From a virus, in IMG/VR virus record IMGVR_UViG_3300033746_000018: a stretch of DNA of 45,171 nt; one strand, written 5' to 3'. The position numbers and the translations under genes are program-made. Within the stretch, counting starts at the first letter, position 1. Each line of letters opens with the position of its first letter. A model generated the notes under the pieces. The model ran no database searches, was not told the DNA's origin, and was given only the letters and a program-made list of their open reading frames with translations. This document shows, one piece after another, positions 8,758 to 19,100 of this stretch.

Positions 8758-10647
8758 ATGAATTTAAACTTTGATTTTGGAATACAGGGTAAAGTTAAAT
8801 ATGAGTTAACTGATACAAGAAACGGAAAAAAAGAAATTATTGAAGAAAATAATATACTTTTGGATAATTATTTGAATAAGTTTTTTACTGGTAATTTTGG
8901 ATTACTTAATGCAAGTGTGTTTAATAGGTGTTATCTTGGAGATAGCAATATAGCACCAACCAGAAGCCAAACAGGACTGCAGGGAAATCAATTAGCGGTT
9001 GTAAATCCTGTAGAAAAAGTAGAAGATAATTTAGGCTTATTAATAAACAATAATAACCAAATAACAAACCTCACAGGACATTCAAATTATGTTTATTCTG
9101 TAGCCTTCTCACCTGACGGCAACTATGTAGTCAGCGGTAGTGATGATAACACAGCAAAGGTGTGGGAGTATGATACAGGTAATGTGATAACAACCTTCAC
9201 AGGACATTCAGATGATGTTCGTTCTGTAGCCTTCTCACCTGACGGTAACTATGTAGTCAGCGGAAGCTGGGATAACACAGCAAAGGTGTGGGAAGTAGCA
9301 ACAGGTAATGTGATAACAACCTTCACAGGACATTCGTATGATGTTTATTCTGTAGCCTTCTCACCTGACGGCAACTATGTAGTCAGCGGAAGCGGGGATA
9401 TCACAGCAAAGGTGTGGGAAGTAGCAACAGGTAATGTGATAACAACCTTCACAGGACATTCAGATGTTGTTTATTCTGTAACCTTCTCACCTGACGGCAA
9501 CTATGTAGTCAGCGGTAGTGATGATAGCACAGTAAAGGTGTGGGAAGTAGCAACAGGTAATGTGATAACAACCTTCACAGGACATTCGTCTGATGTTGAA
9601 TCTGTAGCCTTCTCACCTGACGGTAACTATGTAGTCAGTGGAAGCTGGGATAACACAGCAAAGGTGTGGGAAGTAGCAACAGGTAATGTGATAACAACCT
9701 TCACAGGACATTCGTATGATGTTCGTTCTGTAGCCTTCTCACCTGACGGTAACTATGTAGTCAGTGGAAGCTGGGATAACACAGTAAAGGTGTGGGAAGT
9801 AGCAACAGGTAATGTGATAACAACCTTCACAGGACATTCAGATGATGTTTATTCTGTAGCCTTCTCACCTGACGGTAACTATGTAGTCAGTGGAAGCTGG
9901 GATAACACAGCAAAGGTGTGGGAGTTTAATGATAAACTAATAAACTCTGTCAGGATGGGATATAAGTATAGATTTAATGCAGGCACAGGTACTTCTATGT
10001 TAATAAAAGAAATAGCATTAAGAACAGGAGATTATTCTACAAGTTCATCATATGATGATAGATATAATAATGACTGGGTGGCAAGACAGGTTCCAACTAA
10101 CGCTATAGATAAAAAAGATTATCATCAATTGGATATAACCTGGGTTATAGAAGTTAAAAGTCCAACTATTTATTATACAACTACAATAGCTGACGGGCAA
10201 AGAGATGGTACTTCAATAGATATTGATGTAGAAATAGCAAATAGAGCTTTAGCTGATATATCAAAATTTAATCTTAAATCATTAGATAGTTTTTTCGGAA
10301 TATCAGGTACACCGCAATTTGCATTAGGCACTTCAAATGCTAAGAAATATCCTTTAGGGACTGAAAATATTGAATTAGGCTTATCTTTAGAAGGAACTGA
10401 CATATCAGGCGGATTTATAGCACCATTTGAAGTAACACAAGAACCTTATACAGCTGGTAGTTATTCAAGAACATTTAGGGTAGGTTTAGAGTCAGACCAA
10501 GGCAATCACGCTGACGGTTTGGGAGAAATAATATTAAGGAATAGTGCAGGAGATTATTTCGGTAGAGTGTTATTCACTCCACCACTTGATAAGGTTAACA
10601 CTTATAGATTTTACTTTGATATAACATTTTCCTTAAACCCTAGTTAA
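8758..10647 (+). CDS. Tail-fibre-like protein (629 aa) with an inserted seven-blade WD40 beta-propeller
   Basis: There are seven consecutive 42-aa units FTGHSxxVxSVAFSPDGNYVVSGSxDxTxKVWEVATGNVITT. The flanks show a P2 gpH N-terminal-like pattern (LGDSNIAPTRSQTGLQG ... LIKEIALRTGD). Confidence 0.8.
   Translation: MNLNFDFGIQGKVKYELTDTRNGKKEIIEENNILLDNYLNKFFTGNFGLLNASVFNRCYLGDSNIAPTRSQTGLQGNQLAVVNPVEKVEDNLGLLINNNNQITNLTGHSNYVYSVAFSPDGNYVVSGSDDNTAKVWEYDTGNVITTFTGHSDDVRSVAFSPDGNYVVSGSWDNTAKVWEVATGNVITTFTGHSYDVYSVAFSPDGNYVVSGSGDITAKVWEVATGNVITTFTGHSDVVYSVTFSPDGNYVVSGSDDSTVKVWEVATGNVITTFTGHSSDVESVAFSPDGNYVVSGSWDNTAKVWEVATGNVITTFTGHSYDVRSVAFSPDGNYVVSGSWDNTVKVWEVATGNVITTFTGHSDDVYSVAFSPDGNYVVSGSWDNTAKVWEFNDKLINSVRMGYKYRFNAGTGTSMLIKEIALRTGDYSTSSSYDDRYNNDWVARQVPTNAIDKKDYHQLDITWVIEVKSPTIYYTTTIADGQRDGTSIDIDVEIANRALADISKFNLKSLDSFFGISGTPQFALGTSNAKKYPLGTENIELGLSLEGTDISGGFIAPFEVTQEPYTAGSYSRTFRVGLESDQGNHADGLGEIILRNSAGDYFGRVLFTPPLDKVNTYRFYFDITFSLNPS
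9067..9948 (+). repeat. Seven tandem 126-bp near-identical direct repeats encoding the WD40 blades
   Basis: Unit starts are at 9067, 9193, 9319, 9445, 9571, 9697 and 9823. Units 2 and 6 differ at about 5 of 126 nt. Confidence 0.95.
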
Positions 10648-10659
10648 GATGGTGATTAA

Positions 10660-11097
10660 ATGAATTTTGTAGAAAAAGGAGTTTACGGTGATGAAAATAT
10701 GCCTGATGTTAATAATTACCGTACATTAGCATTAGGCACACGAGAAAGTCCTAATATTGATTTATCAGAAGCATTTACAGTATTAGACGAGATAAATTCG
10801 GGCAAGATTAGTTGGTTTAGTAGACCTATCCAGGGAAATGAGATAGATATACTTACTTCTATGGATAGCGGCAATAGTTGGGATAAAATGATTAACGGGC
10901 AGTATATACAGAATGTTAAACAGCTAAATGATGATCCATTTATCAAGCTGCGGTATGTTATTAGAAGTTATATATCTATGATAATACCCGAAAACAGTCC
11001 TAAAGTTTATTCTTTAGTAATAACTTTAAGTGATAAAGAACAAAATACATGGGATAAAGAGGTAAAAATACCATTAGAGTGGAATGAGGTGAGCTAA
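10660..11097 (+). CDS. Hypothetical structural-module protein (145 aa)
   Basis: ORF track. Tightly packed in the virion module. Confidence 0.6.
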   Translation: MNFVEKGVYGDENMPDVNNYRTLALGTRESPNIDLSEAFTVLDEINSGKISWFSRPIQGNEIDILTSMDSGNSWDKMINGQYIQNVKQLNDDPFIKLRYVIRSYISMIIPENSPKVYSLVITLSDKEQNTWDKEVKIPLEWNEVS

Positions 11098-11628
11098 ATG
11101 ACAGGTACAGAGATACAAAGTTATGTAGAAAGCAGGTTAGGAAGGACATTAAGTCCTGATGATATATTGCTTGCTATAAATGAATGTTTAGACGAAATAG
11201 CTGATTTAGCCCTTCTTTATGCAACAATAGATTTAGATGTTACTGACGGCACTCAATGGTATGAACTGCCAGAAGATTTTTCAACAATAGAACATCTGAT
11301 TATCTATGACAACGGAGAACATTATTATGAAGGCTGGATATATAGAAATGGTAGTATAAGAATACCTGACGCTGGAAGTTATAAGATAGTTGCAAGAAAA
11401 ATGCCTGATTATCTAAATGATATAGCAGAGCCTATCAATAATCTTCACAGAATGTATAATAATGCAGTTAAATATTATGTTTTAGGCTGGATAAGAGAAA
11501 ATGAAGATCTAGACGATCAGATTTCAGAAAAGTATTATCAGAAGTTTACAGAAAAAGTCCAAAGAGCAGCAAGCAGTTTAATTTCTACTAAATCACCAGC
11601 TAAAGTACAGGTGATCCGCCGTGCCTAA
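11098..11628 (+). CDS. Hypothetical structural-module protein (176 aa), possible head-tail adaptor
   Basis: ORF track. The ATG abuts the preceding stop (TAAATG). The adaptor role is a guess from position only. Confidence 0.55.
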   Translation: MTGTEIQSYVESRLGRTLSPDDILLAINECLDEIADLALLYATIDLDVTDGTQWYELPEDFSTIEHLIIYDNGEHYYEGWIYRNGSIRIPDAGSYKIVARKMPDYLNDIAEPINNLHRMYNNAVKYYVLGWIRENEDLDDQISEKYYQKFTEKVQRAASSLISTKSPAKVQVIRRA

Positions 11629-13114
11629 TACTATTCAACAATTTGCTGACGCTGATTTTAATATGGGGTTGAATGTTGATATACCAGATATAATGAAAAC
11701 TAATGAAGAATTAACTGTAGCTGAAAACTTAGAGGTAATGAATAGAGGTGGTGTCCGCAAAAGAGGTGGATTAGAAAATGTAAATACCACAGCTTATACC
11801 GGGCGAGTAACACAGGTGTTTGAATGGCCTAGAGATGACGGGAACATTCATTTAATGGCTATTATTAATAAAGAATTGTGTGATTTAGCAGGTGATGGTA
11901 GTTATACAGCCATTAAAACTTTAAATTCCGATAGAGTAGCATATTTCTTCTTACAGGACAAGTTATACTTTATTGATCCTGGTACTGAATACTATGTATA
12001 TGATGGCTCAACAGTACAGGCAGTAACTCCTAATCCAGACGCAGAAAATAATTTAGCACCGATTAGAAACTGTCAATTTGCTCATTATCATTCTGAAAGT
12101 AATAGAATATTTTTTGCAGGAAATTATCAGGAAATAAATGCTTTATACTACAGCGAATATTTAGATCCGACTTTTGTTAAGGGAACAAGCGTTGTTTATC
12201 CTACAAGAGCAGAAGGGCCAATATTAGGCCTGTCAGTGTTAATGGACGCTATTATAGTTGGATATAGACATGGCAACTGGATATGGAGGGGAATAGACCC
12301 TGCAGCAGACGCTATTTGGGAGAAGTTGCCTACAGCACACGGACCGATAAATGGAGACGCCTTTGCTTTAACTACAGCCAGTTTATCTATGGTGTCAGAT
12401 GATGGTATATTTGCATTATTACCTTCTATCATTGGTATTTCAATGGAAAATGAAGCAGATCAAAATTATATAGCAAATATCACAAAAGATAGAGTTAGCA
12501 GCATAATTAAAAATTGCACTAATAAATCAGCTATCAGAACAGTATTCCATTCTGAAAGTGGTAGGTTTATGATGGCTTATTCTGACGCTGCAGATGGAAT
12601 AAACAATAAAATTTTAACTTTTGATTTTGATACAGCAGCTTTTTCTATATATACAGGAATACAGGTTAATGATTTTTGTCAGCTTATTAATGGTGATTTA
12701 TACGCTGCTAGCGATAACTTCATCTTTAAATTTACTGATGATAGTACAGAAGATATAAGACCAGACGGAACAGCTGCTATAATACCATTTAAGATGAGAA
12801 CGGCTAAATATAATTTTGGTAATCCTTTTTTAAGAAAAAATATCCATAAAATATTTATAATTTTTAAGAATTATGGCGAAATACACGAATTAAAAGTTAG
12901 CCTTTATGTAGATGATACCAAGCAGGACGAATTTATACTCAATGGTAATAACACAGATAATGAAACAATAACTAAGAGAATTAAAACTTTATATTCTGGC
13001 AACAGTTTTCAACTAGAGATAGAGAACGATCAATATTCACCAGTAGAAATTTACGGGTTAGGCTTCTATTATTCAGAAGCAGATACAGGAGGGGGTCAGG
13101 TAACAAATGCCTAA
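11621..13114 (+). CDS. Structural protein (497 aa) with repeated beta-strand-rich segments, possible tail, nozzle or propeller-like protein
   Basis: ORF track, GTG start overlapping the upstream gene. It has recurrent motifs of the type LYFID / IFFAG / IIVGY / LYAASD. Confidence 0.55.
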   Translation: MPNTIQQFADADFNMGLNVDIPDIMKTNEELTVAENLEVMNRGGVRKRGGLENVNTTAYTGRVTQVFEWPRDDGNIHLMAIINKELCDLAGDGSYTAIKTLNSDRVAYFFLQDKLYFIDPGTEYYVYDGSTVQAVTPNPDAENNLAPIRNCQFAHYHSESNRIFFAGNYQEINALYYSEYLDPTFVKGTSVVYPTRAEGPILGLSVLMDAIIVGYRHGNWIWRGIDPAADAIWEKLPTAHGPINGDAFALTTASLSMVSDDGIFALLPSIIGISMENEADQNYIANITKDRVSSIIKNCTNKSAIRTVFHSESGRFMMAYSDAADGINNKILTFDFDTAAFSIYTGIQVNDFCQLINGDLYAASDNFIFKFTDDSTEDIRPDGTAAIIPFKMRTAKYNFGNPFLRKNIHKIFIIFKNYGEIHELKVSLYVDDTKQDEFILNGNNTDNETITKRIKTLYSGNSFQLEIENDQYSPVEIYGLGFYYSEADTGGGQVTNA

Positions 13115-13442
13115 AGCTAGACGAATTTCAAGGGCTAGAGATAAAAGAGCAGATGTGCAGCTTCAAGAAACCATTGATAGTTCAGATAAGCCAGCACCGC
13201 ACGCTGAAACTCATTCAGCTGGAGGTAATGATACTATTACTCCTTCTTCTATAGGTGCTGAAACTCCAGCTGCAGCACAGGCAAAAGCAGACTCGGCAGA
13301 AACAGCAGCTAAAGATTATACTGATACTCATGAGTTGAAAGATAATCCTCATAGTGGATCTGCTAGTAATACTGATATAACTAATTTACAGCAGCAGATA
13401 GATGATTTAGAAGCAAGGATAACAGCATTAGAGAATGTTTAA
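13107..13442 (+). CDS. Small fibre-like protein (111 aa)
   Basis: The HAETHSAGGNDTITPSSIGA motif is typical of phage fibre N-termini. A C-terminal coiled coil is present (LQQQIDDLEARITALE). Confidence 0.55.
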   Translation: MPKARRISRARDKRADVQLQETIDSSDKPAPHAETHSAGGNDTITPSSIGAETPAAAQAKADSAETAAKDYTDTHELKDNPHSGSASNTDITNLQQQIDDLEARITALENV

Positions 13443-13454
13443 AGGAGGGATATT

Positions 13455-13904
13455 ATGTTAGGTGCATTAGTATCAGGGGCGTTGTTGGGTAGTGCATTGA
13501 GTGGCGGTGGCAGCGAGCCTAAAGCACCACAAAAAATGTCTTATGATGAAGCATTAAAACAAGCAGAGGACGCTTTAAGACAACCTTTCCAGGATAACAG
13601 AGAACAGGTAATAAATGATATTAATAGGAATATGGTATCTAAGGGTTTTTACGGTCAAGCACCTGGAGATTATTTAAAACAGGACGCTATGACTGATATG
13701 GAAAACGACTATCAGACACAAAAATCAAGATATGCACAAAATTTAAGAAATAGTAATTATGCAGAAGCATATCAGCAATATACTCACGAATTACAGCAGT
13801 ATAATCAGCCAGATCCTTTTTGGAGTATGCTGGGTACTATGTCTGGTAGCTTTTTAGGCAGCCCAGGCGGTTCTAATATGATTGCTAACTGGCTAACAGG
13901 ATAA
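13455..13904 (+). CDS. Putative internal or ejection protein (149 aa) with Gly-rich hydrophobic termini
   Basis: ORF track. N-terminus is MLGALVSGALLGSALSGGG and C-terminus is GSFLGSPGGSNMIANWL. Confidence 0.55.
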   Translation: MLGALVSGALLGSALSGGGSEPKAPQKMSYDEALKQAEDALRQPFQDNREQVINDINRNMVSKGFYGQAPGDYLKQDAMTDMENDYQTQKSRYAQNLRNSNYAEAYQQYTHELQQYNQPDPFWSMLGTMSGSFLGSPGGSNMIANWLTG

Positions 13905-13915
13905 GGAGGCGTATT

Positions 13916-14506
13916 ATGGGCTTAGGAAGTGGTTTTGGCTATGGAGGCTCGACTATAGACAGAACAAATTATAATAGTGGTAATAGTAGAAATGATACTG
14001 CAAATAACAGTTATAGTAAAAGCAACAGAAGTGGAAGCAGTAATCGCTATTCATCAAACACACCAACAAGTACAAATAATGTTTTTAGTCATAAAGGGGA
14101 AAGTGGAAGTAGTAATCGTTATTCATCAAACACACCAACTTTAAATTATGCAAATGATAAACAAAATATTTTAGAAAATGCACCTTCTAAATCAATTACA
14201 GAAAGCTATAAAATAGCAGAAAATCCTAATCCTTTTATAAGGGACGTTATGAGTATAGGACAGAAATACAATACTTATCAAAGACAGGCTGCTAATCCAG
14301 AATATAATCAATATATTCAAAATAAGAATAATGAATACAGCAATAAATACAGTAATTTCAGATGGGGCAATTATAATTGGAATGATTTAGGACAGAATGA
14401 TTTTCAAAGTCAGCAAAAATTAACTGGAATATTTAATAATACAGGAAGTAATTTTATGAATAATTCTGCGACTTTATCAATGGCAAAACAGGCTTTATTC
14501 GGCTAA
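13916..14506 (+). CDS. N/S-rich low-complexity virion-module protein (196 aa) with an internal duplication
   Basis: A 38-nt repeat occurs at 14030-14067 and 14102-14139 with 2 mismatches. It encodes GSSNRYSSNTPT twice. Confidence 0.6.
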   Translation: MGLGSGFGYGGSTIDRTNYNSGNSRNDTANNSYSKSNRSGSSNRYSSNTPTSTNNVFSHKGESGSSNRYSSNTPTLNYANDKQNILENAPSKSITESYKIAENPNPFIRDVMSIGQKYNTYQRQAANPEYNQYIQNKNNEYSNKYSNFRWGNYNWNDLGQNDFQSQQKLTGIFNNTGSNFMNNSATLSMAKQALFG

Positions 14507-14518
14507 GGAGGTGAGCAT

Positions 14519-16117
14519 ATGGCTAGAAAAGGTAGTGATTTTTTAACAGGTTTTATGCAGGGGTTTAATCAAGCAGGTGGTATGCAGAGGGTATCAAATT
14601 GGGCTGCTAAAAAAAGTGGTAGTTATGATGTATTTCAAGATCCTTTTGCTATGCAGGCTTATAGTCGAGCTAGACAGATTGGTACTCCTGCAGCACAGCA
14701 GGAATTTGTAGATAAGTACGGTCAATATGTAGATACACAGGAAGGTACAACTCCTACTGAAATGTTTTTTGGTAAAGAAACTCCTACTTATATGGGCATG
14801 AACAAAGGTCAGTTTTTAAACACAGCAGTACAGGCTTTAAGCAGCGGGGCGTGGGACGAAAATGAGTTTGGTAACATTATGGCTGGTGCTAGTGAAGCAT
14901 ACGGCGAAGATTTAACTAATAATCCTTTCCTTTCAGCTTTTATGCAGGAACAACCTGATATGAAAACTAAATTTTTGAATGATCGCTGGACACAAGCTGC
15001 TTTTGATGGTAACGAATTTGCACAAAATTTAGTATCTCAAGAATATGGCGACTTTTTGTCGAATTATGTTGATGTGCCAGAAGAATTTGTTAATCCTGAT
15101 GAAAGAATAAGTTATATTCAAAATGAAATTTTTGCACAGCCAGAAGAAGGACCCAGTTTTTATGAAAATATAAATAATCCGATAGAATTTTTAGCTGCAC
15201 GAGCCGCTTTAGACGAAAATTATAATTTAGAAGGCGAGATTGCTAATTATAATGCAGCTAGAGAAACTACAGCAGATGATATAACAGCACAAATGGTAAG
15301 AACTTATATGGAACAAATGCAACCTGAACAGGAAAGATTAATTAATTTAGGCGAGCTCGGGCTTCCTGGCGGGGAAATACCTATCAGCGAAGCAGGACAG
15401 TATATAAATGTTTTAAATGGTGCTATAAATTATCAAAAAACATTAAATCCTCAAGGAGCAGATTATGGACCTACCATTGATGGAAGCCAATTCGGTATAG
15501 AAGGGCAGATACCGCTTAAATATGCAAGTGGTATAGCAGCTTTATTGAGATTAAACGGTGGCGGCAGTCCAGGCGGCGGACCAGGTGCAGGTAGTGTGGA
15601 TATAAGCCAATGGCCTATCATTAATTTTGATAAAGAAGGCCCAATAAGAAGAAACCCTGATACTGGATTTTTAATGCGGGACGCTACTATTCCTTATGTT
15701 AATAAAGATGGCCAATTAGTTCAGGCTATTGGCGATGAAGAAATGGGATACCAATATCAATATCACGATACCTTCGTACAACCACAAGGCGGTGGCGGCG
15801 GCGGAGAAGAAGAAACCGGTGGTTTTTGGAATGGTGTATTTGATATAGTAACTTCACCTCCTAATACCCCTCCTGGCATAACAGGTGGAAGTTTAAATGA
15901 AGAATATAACAATTATATTGATGATGAAACAGGAAATTTAACAGAACAAGCGATTGTTGACGCTTATAAAAATACTTTTAATATGACAGAAGAACAATTA
16001 CTAGAACAATTCCAGGCTAATAAAAACAATGTCCAATTCGTAAGTGATTTTGAGAATACAAATAATATTACTATAGAAGAAATGATTAATTACCTAAGTA
16101 ATAATGGGGTGGATTAA
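14519..16117 (+). CDS. Putative internal virion protein (532 aa) with poly-Gly tracts
   Basis: ORF track. RBS is aaggagg. Tracts include NGGGSPGGGPGAGS and PQGGGGGGEEE. Confidence 0.6.
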   Translation: MARKGSDFLTGFMQGFNQAGGMQRVSNWAAKKSGSYDVFQDPFAMQAYSRARQIGTPAAQQEFVDKYGQYVDTQEGTTPTEMFFGKETPTYMGMNKGQFLNTAVQALSSGAWDENEFGNIMAGASEAYGEDLTNNPFLSAFMQEQPDMKTKFLNDRWTQAAFDGNEFAQNLVSQEYGDFLSNYVDVPEEFVNPDERISYIQNEIFAQPEEGPSFYENINNPIEFLAARAALDENYNLEGEIANYNAARETTADDITAQMVRTYMEQMQPEQERLINLGELGLPGGEIPISEAGQYINVLNGAINYQKTLNPQGADYGPTIDGSQFGIEGQIPLKYASGIAALLRLNGGGSPGGGPGAGSVDISQWPIINFDKEGPIRRNPDTGFLMRDATIPYVNKDGQLVQAIGDEEMGYQYQYHDTFVQPQGGGGGGEEETGGFWNGVFDIVTSPPNTPPGITGGSLNEEYNNYIDDETGNLTEQAIVDAYKNTFNMTEEQLLEQFQANKNNVQFVSDFENTNNITIEEMINYLSNNGVD

Positions 16118-19100
16118 ATGGCTAAAGCAATACCTTTTCCTGGAATGGAAAAAGAAAACAACAATAAAATAAATGTAAAAGCTATACCTTTTCCTGATAT
16201 GCAGATGAATACAGAACAAAATATCAGCCAGCCAGTTAATCAACCTCAGCCGCAGTATAATGACGGCAACATATTTACTGATACTGCCAAAGATTTCGCA
16301 GGAGGATCAGCTAGATTATTTGGTAATATAGCAAATGGTGCTAGATGGCTGGGTAAATTCGTTTATTCAGCTGCAGCACAACCTCAAAATGCTTTTGCAG
16401 AATTAACAGGTAATGAACAAATGAAAGTTGACAGCAGCGACGCTTTTAAGATACCAGGGTTTAATCTTATAGAAGAAGGGTTAGACAGCTATTCTGACGC
16501 TTCTAATCAAGCTGCAGAAACCATTTTTGATAGCAAGAGTATGGAAAGTAAGCAGTTGGGTAATAATATGATAGAAAGTCTAAAAGAAGGCAGATTTATG
16601 GACTTTGGCAAGCAGCTAGTTAGCGTAACAGCACTGACTGCTCCTAATATATTACTTGCTATGATGGGCGGTTTTGCAGGTACAGCAGCACAGGGTTTAG
16701 GTGCTACAAGCACAGCAGGTAGTATGTTAGGTACTTCTAATGTACTATCGCAAGCCCTACCCAAAGCAGTTATTGGATTATCAGCTGCTGGTGGCGAATA
16801 TAGAGAAACAGAAGGTGATCCTGAACTATCAGACCAACAAGAGTTACTATCAGCAGGTGTAAAAGGTACTTCCGAAGTGATTTGGGAAAGTTTAGTAACA
16901 CTCCCTATGATAGATGATATTGTGAGAACTAATAAAATAGCTGGCGACCAAATGCAAAAAGGTATAGAATGGGGTCTTGCAAACTGGCTTAAATCAGGTG
17001 CTAAAGGTGGTTTGAGTGAAGCTGGCGAGGAAATGGGTACAGAAGCAACAAACTATATTTCTGATGTAATAATTAAAGGAAAACAATTTAATGCAGACGA
17101 ATTCACTTCTTTAGTTGCTAACGCTGGATTAGGTGCTATTGCTACAGGTGCTATTTTATCTTCAACAGGTGATTATCGTCAAAATAATGCTCAAAATAGA
17201 AGGTATGAAATGAACGAGCTTTCAAAAGCACTTAGACAATTAGAAGAATTAAAGCAAAAAGCCGAACAAGAAGCTAATCAGCAAAAACAAAGAAGAATAG
17301 AAGAAGTAAGCAATCAAATTAATAATAAAATATCTCAAATGCAACAGCAAGAGGAAATAGAAAGGCAAAGACAACAAAGTGGAGAAGCTACCCAAAATGC
17401 TTTCCAAGGTTTTCAGGGAACAATGGCTGAACAAAAAGCTGCAGCAGTTGCTAAACAAAGAATTTTAGAAAACTTAATCAATAACCAGCAAGATTTAAAC
17501 ACTTTTACAGTTAATATAGATAACAATAATTATGCTATTGTAAGAAATATGAATGATAATATTTTAGTTGATGTATTCCAGGGCAACCAGCGACAGGGTA
17601 CTATGACTGCTGAAAGTATGGAAGAATTGTTTACCGTACTTGCTAACAACGGATATGATCTATCAACTGTTACTCCATTTGAAACAGCAACAAGAGAACA
17701 GGTGCAGCAGGCAGAAATAGCTGAAAATCAACCACAGGCAGCACAGAATTTACTTAGCAGCCGTCAGAAAATGATTAATGATATAGTAGGAAGAATTAAT
17801 CAGTATGGCGGCCAGGTAGATTTAAGTCAATATGATATGCCTACAGCTGCAGATGATGTAGATACCGTTCGACAAAAATCGCTAAATGTTTTATCAGATT
17901 TAAGAAAGCAGTTAGTAGAAGCTAGACAAAATTATACACCACAGCCACAGCAACAGGAAGATGTCGCTCAAACTCCAATTGAACAGCCAAATAATGTAGA
18001 TAATACTAATTTTAATGTAGATAATTTTATAAATAAACAATTAAATAATGGCGCTGGATATTATTCGGAAGTTCATTACACCAACACAGATAATTATAAT
18101 TCTATTATTAATTCTCAATTTGAAATTTTACCAGAAGATGACAAAAGAAAATTATATGGGGACAATATAATATCAAATGCTTTATATACAGCACCATTAG
18201 ACGCTGATGAATGGACTAGAGGTTCTAGAGCTAGATTGCCTAATTATGATAAAAGAATTATCGTTAAAATTCCTAAGCAAAATATAATTGAAATCAATAA
18301 TCCTAATGAATATGCTGAAATTTGGAAAAAATATGTTGATAACGATAAATACAATAACGCTATTAATTCTTTGAATGAAGCAATATCTAAAATAGGTCAG
18401 AGAAATGAAGTTACAGAAGAAATGACACAAAAATTTATCGAAAATGAATGGATTAAACCAAACGAAGCAGAAAAAAGTAAATATTATGATTGGGACAATG
18501 CTTTAGAACAAATTAATTTTTTACCAAAAGAAGCTGTAGAAAGAATGAAACAAGATGGTATAAAAGGTATTAAATTTAATATACCGATTTTAGGAGGAAG
18601 GCAAACTGCTATATTTGACCCTTCTATAATTGAAATTGAACAATCAGTAGAACAGGATAATACTATAGAGCAGGAAAGCCAAACTGATGAAGGTTTAAAT
18701 ACACAGTCAGATACAACAGTAGAAGAAACAGGCCAATATATACAACAGAGCAATGAGCAAATAGATAATTTTAGAGAAATGGCTTCGCAAGAGAATACTC
18801 CTGGTATTCCAGAAGAATTACAATCTTATGTAATTCATAACGGTGCTAAATTTGATGTTATAGATACGAACGGCAATACCTGGACTTATCAAAGAATAGA
18901 CGACGCTATCAATGAAGCCAGAAAAACTAGAGCAGCTATTGAAGGCCAACCTATCCAAGAAGGCCAACAGCAACAAGAAGATATTGTTGAAGATGAAGGA
19001 CAACAAGAAGGCGAAGTTGTAGAAGAACAGCCACAAATTAATATTCAGGCAGAAGGTAGAGAGTCAGAAACAGCTACACCAAATAATACAGAAGTGAAAA

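Noticed and set aside
9067-9948. Possible CRISPR array or DGR variable region, because of the regular 126-bp repeats
   Set aside because: The repeats are contiguous with no spacers, in frame, and encode WD40 blades. No reverse transcriptase or template repeat exists anywhere in the genome.
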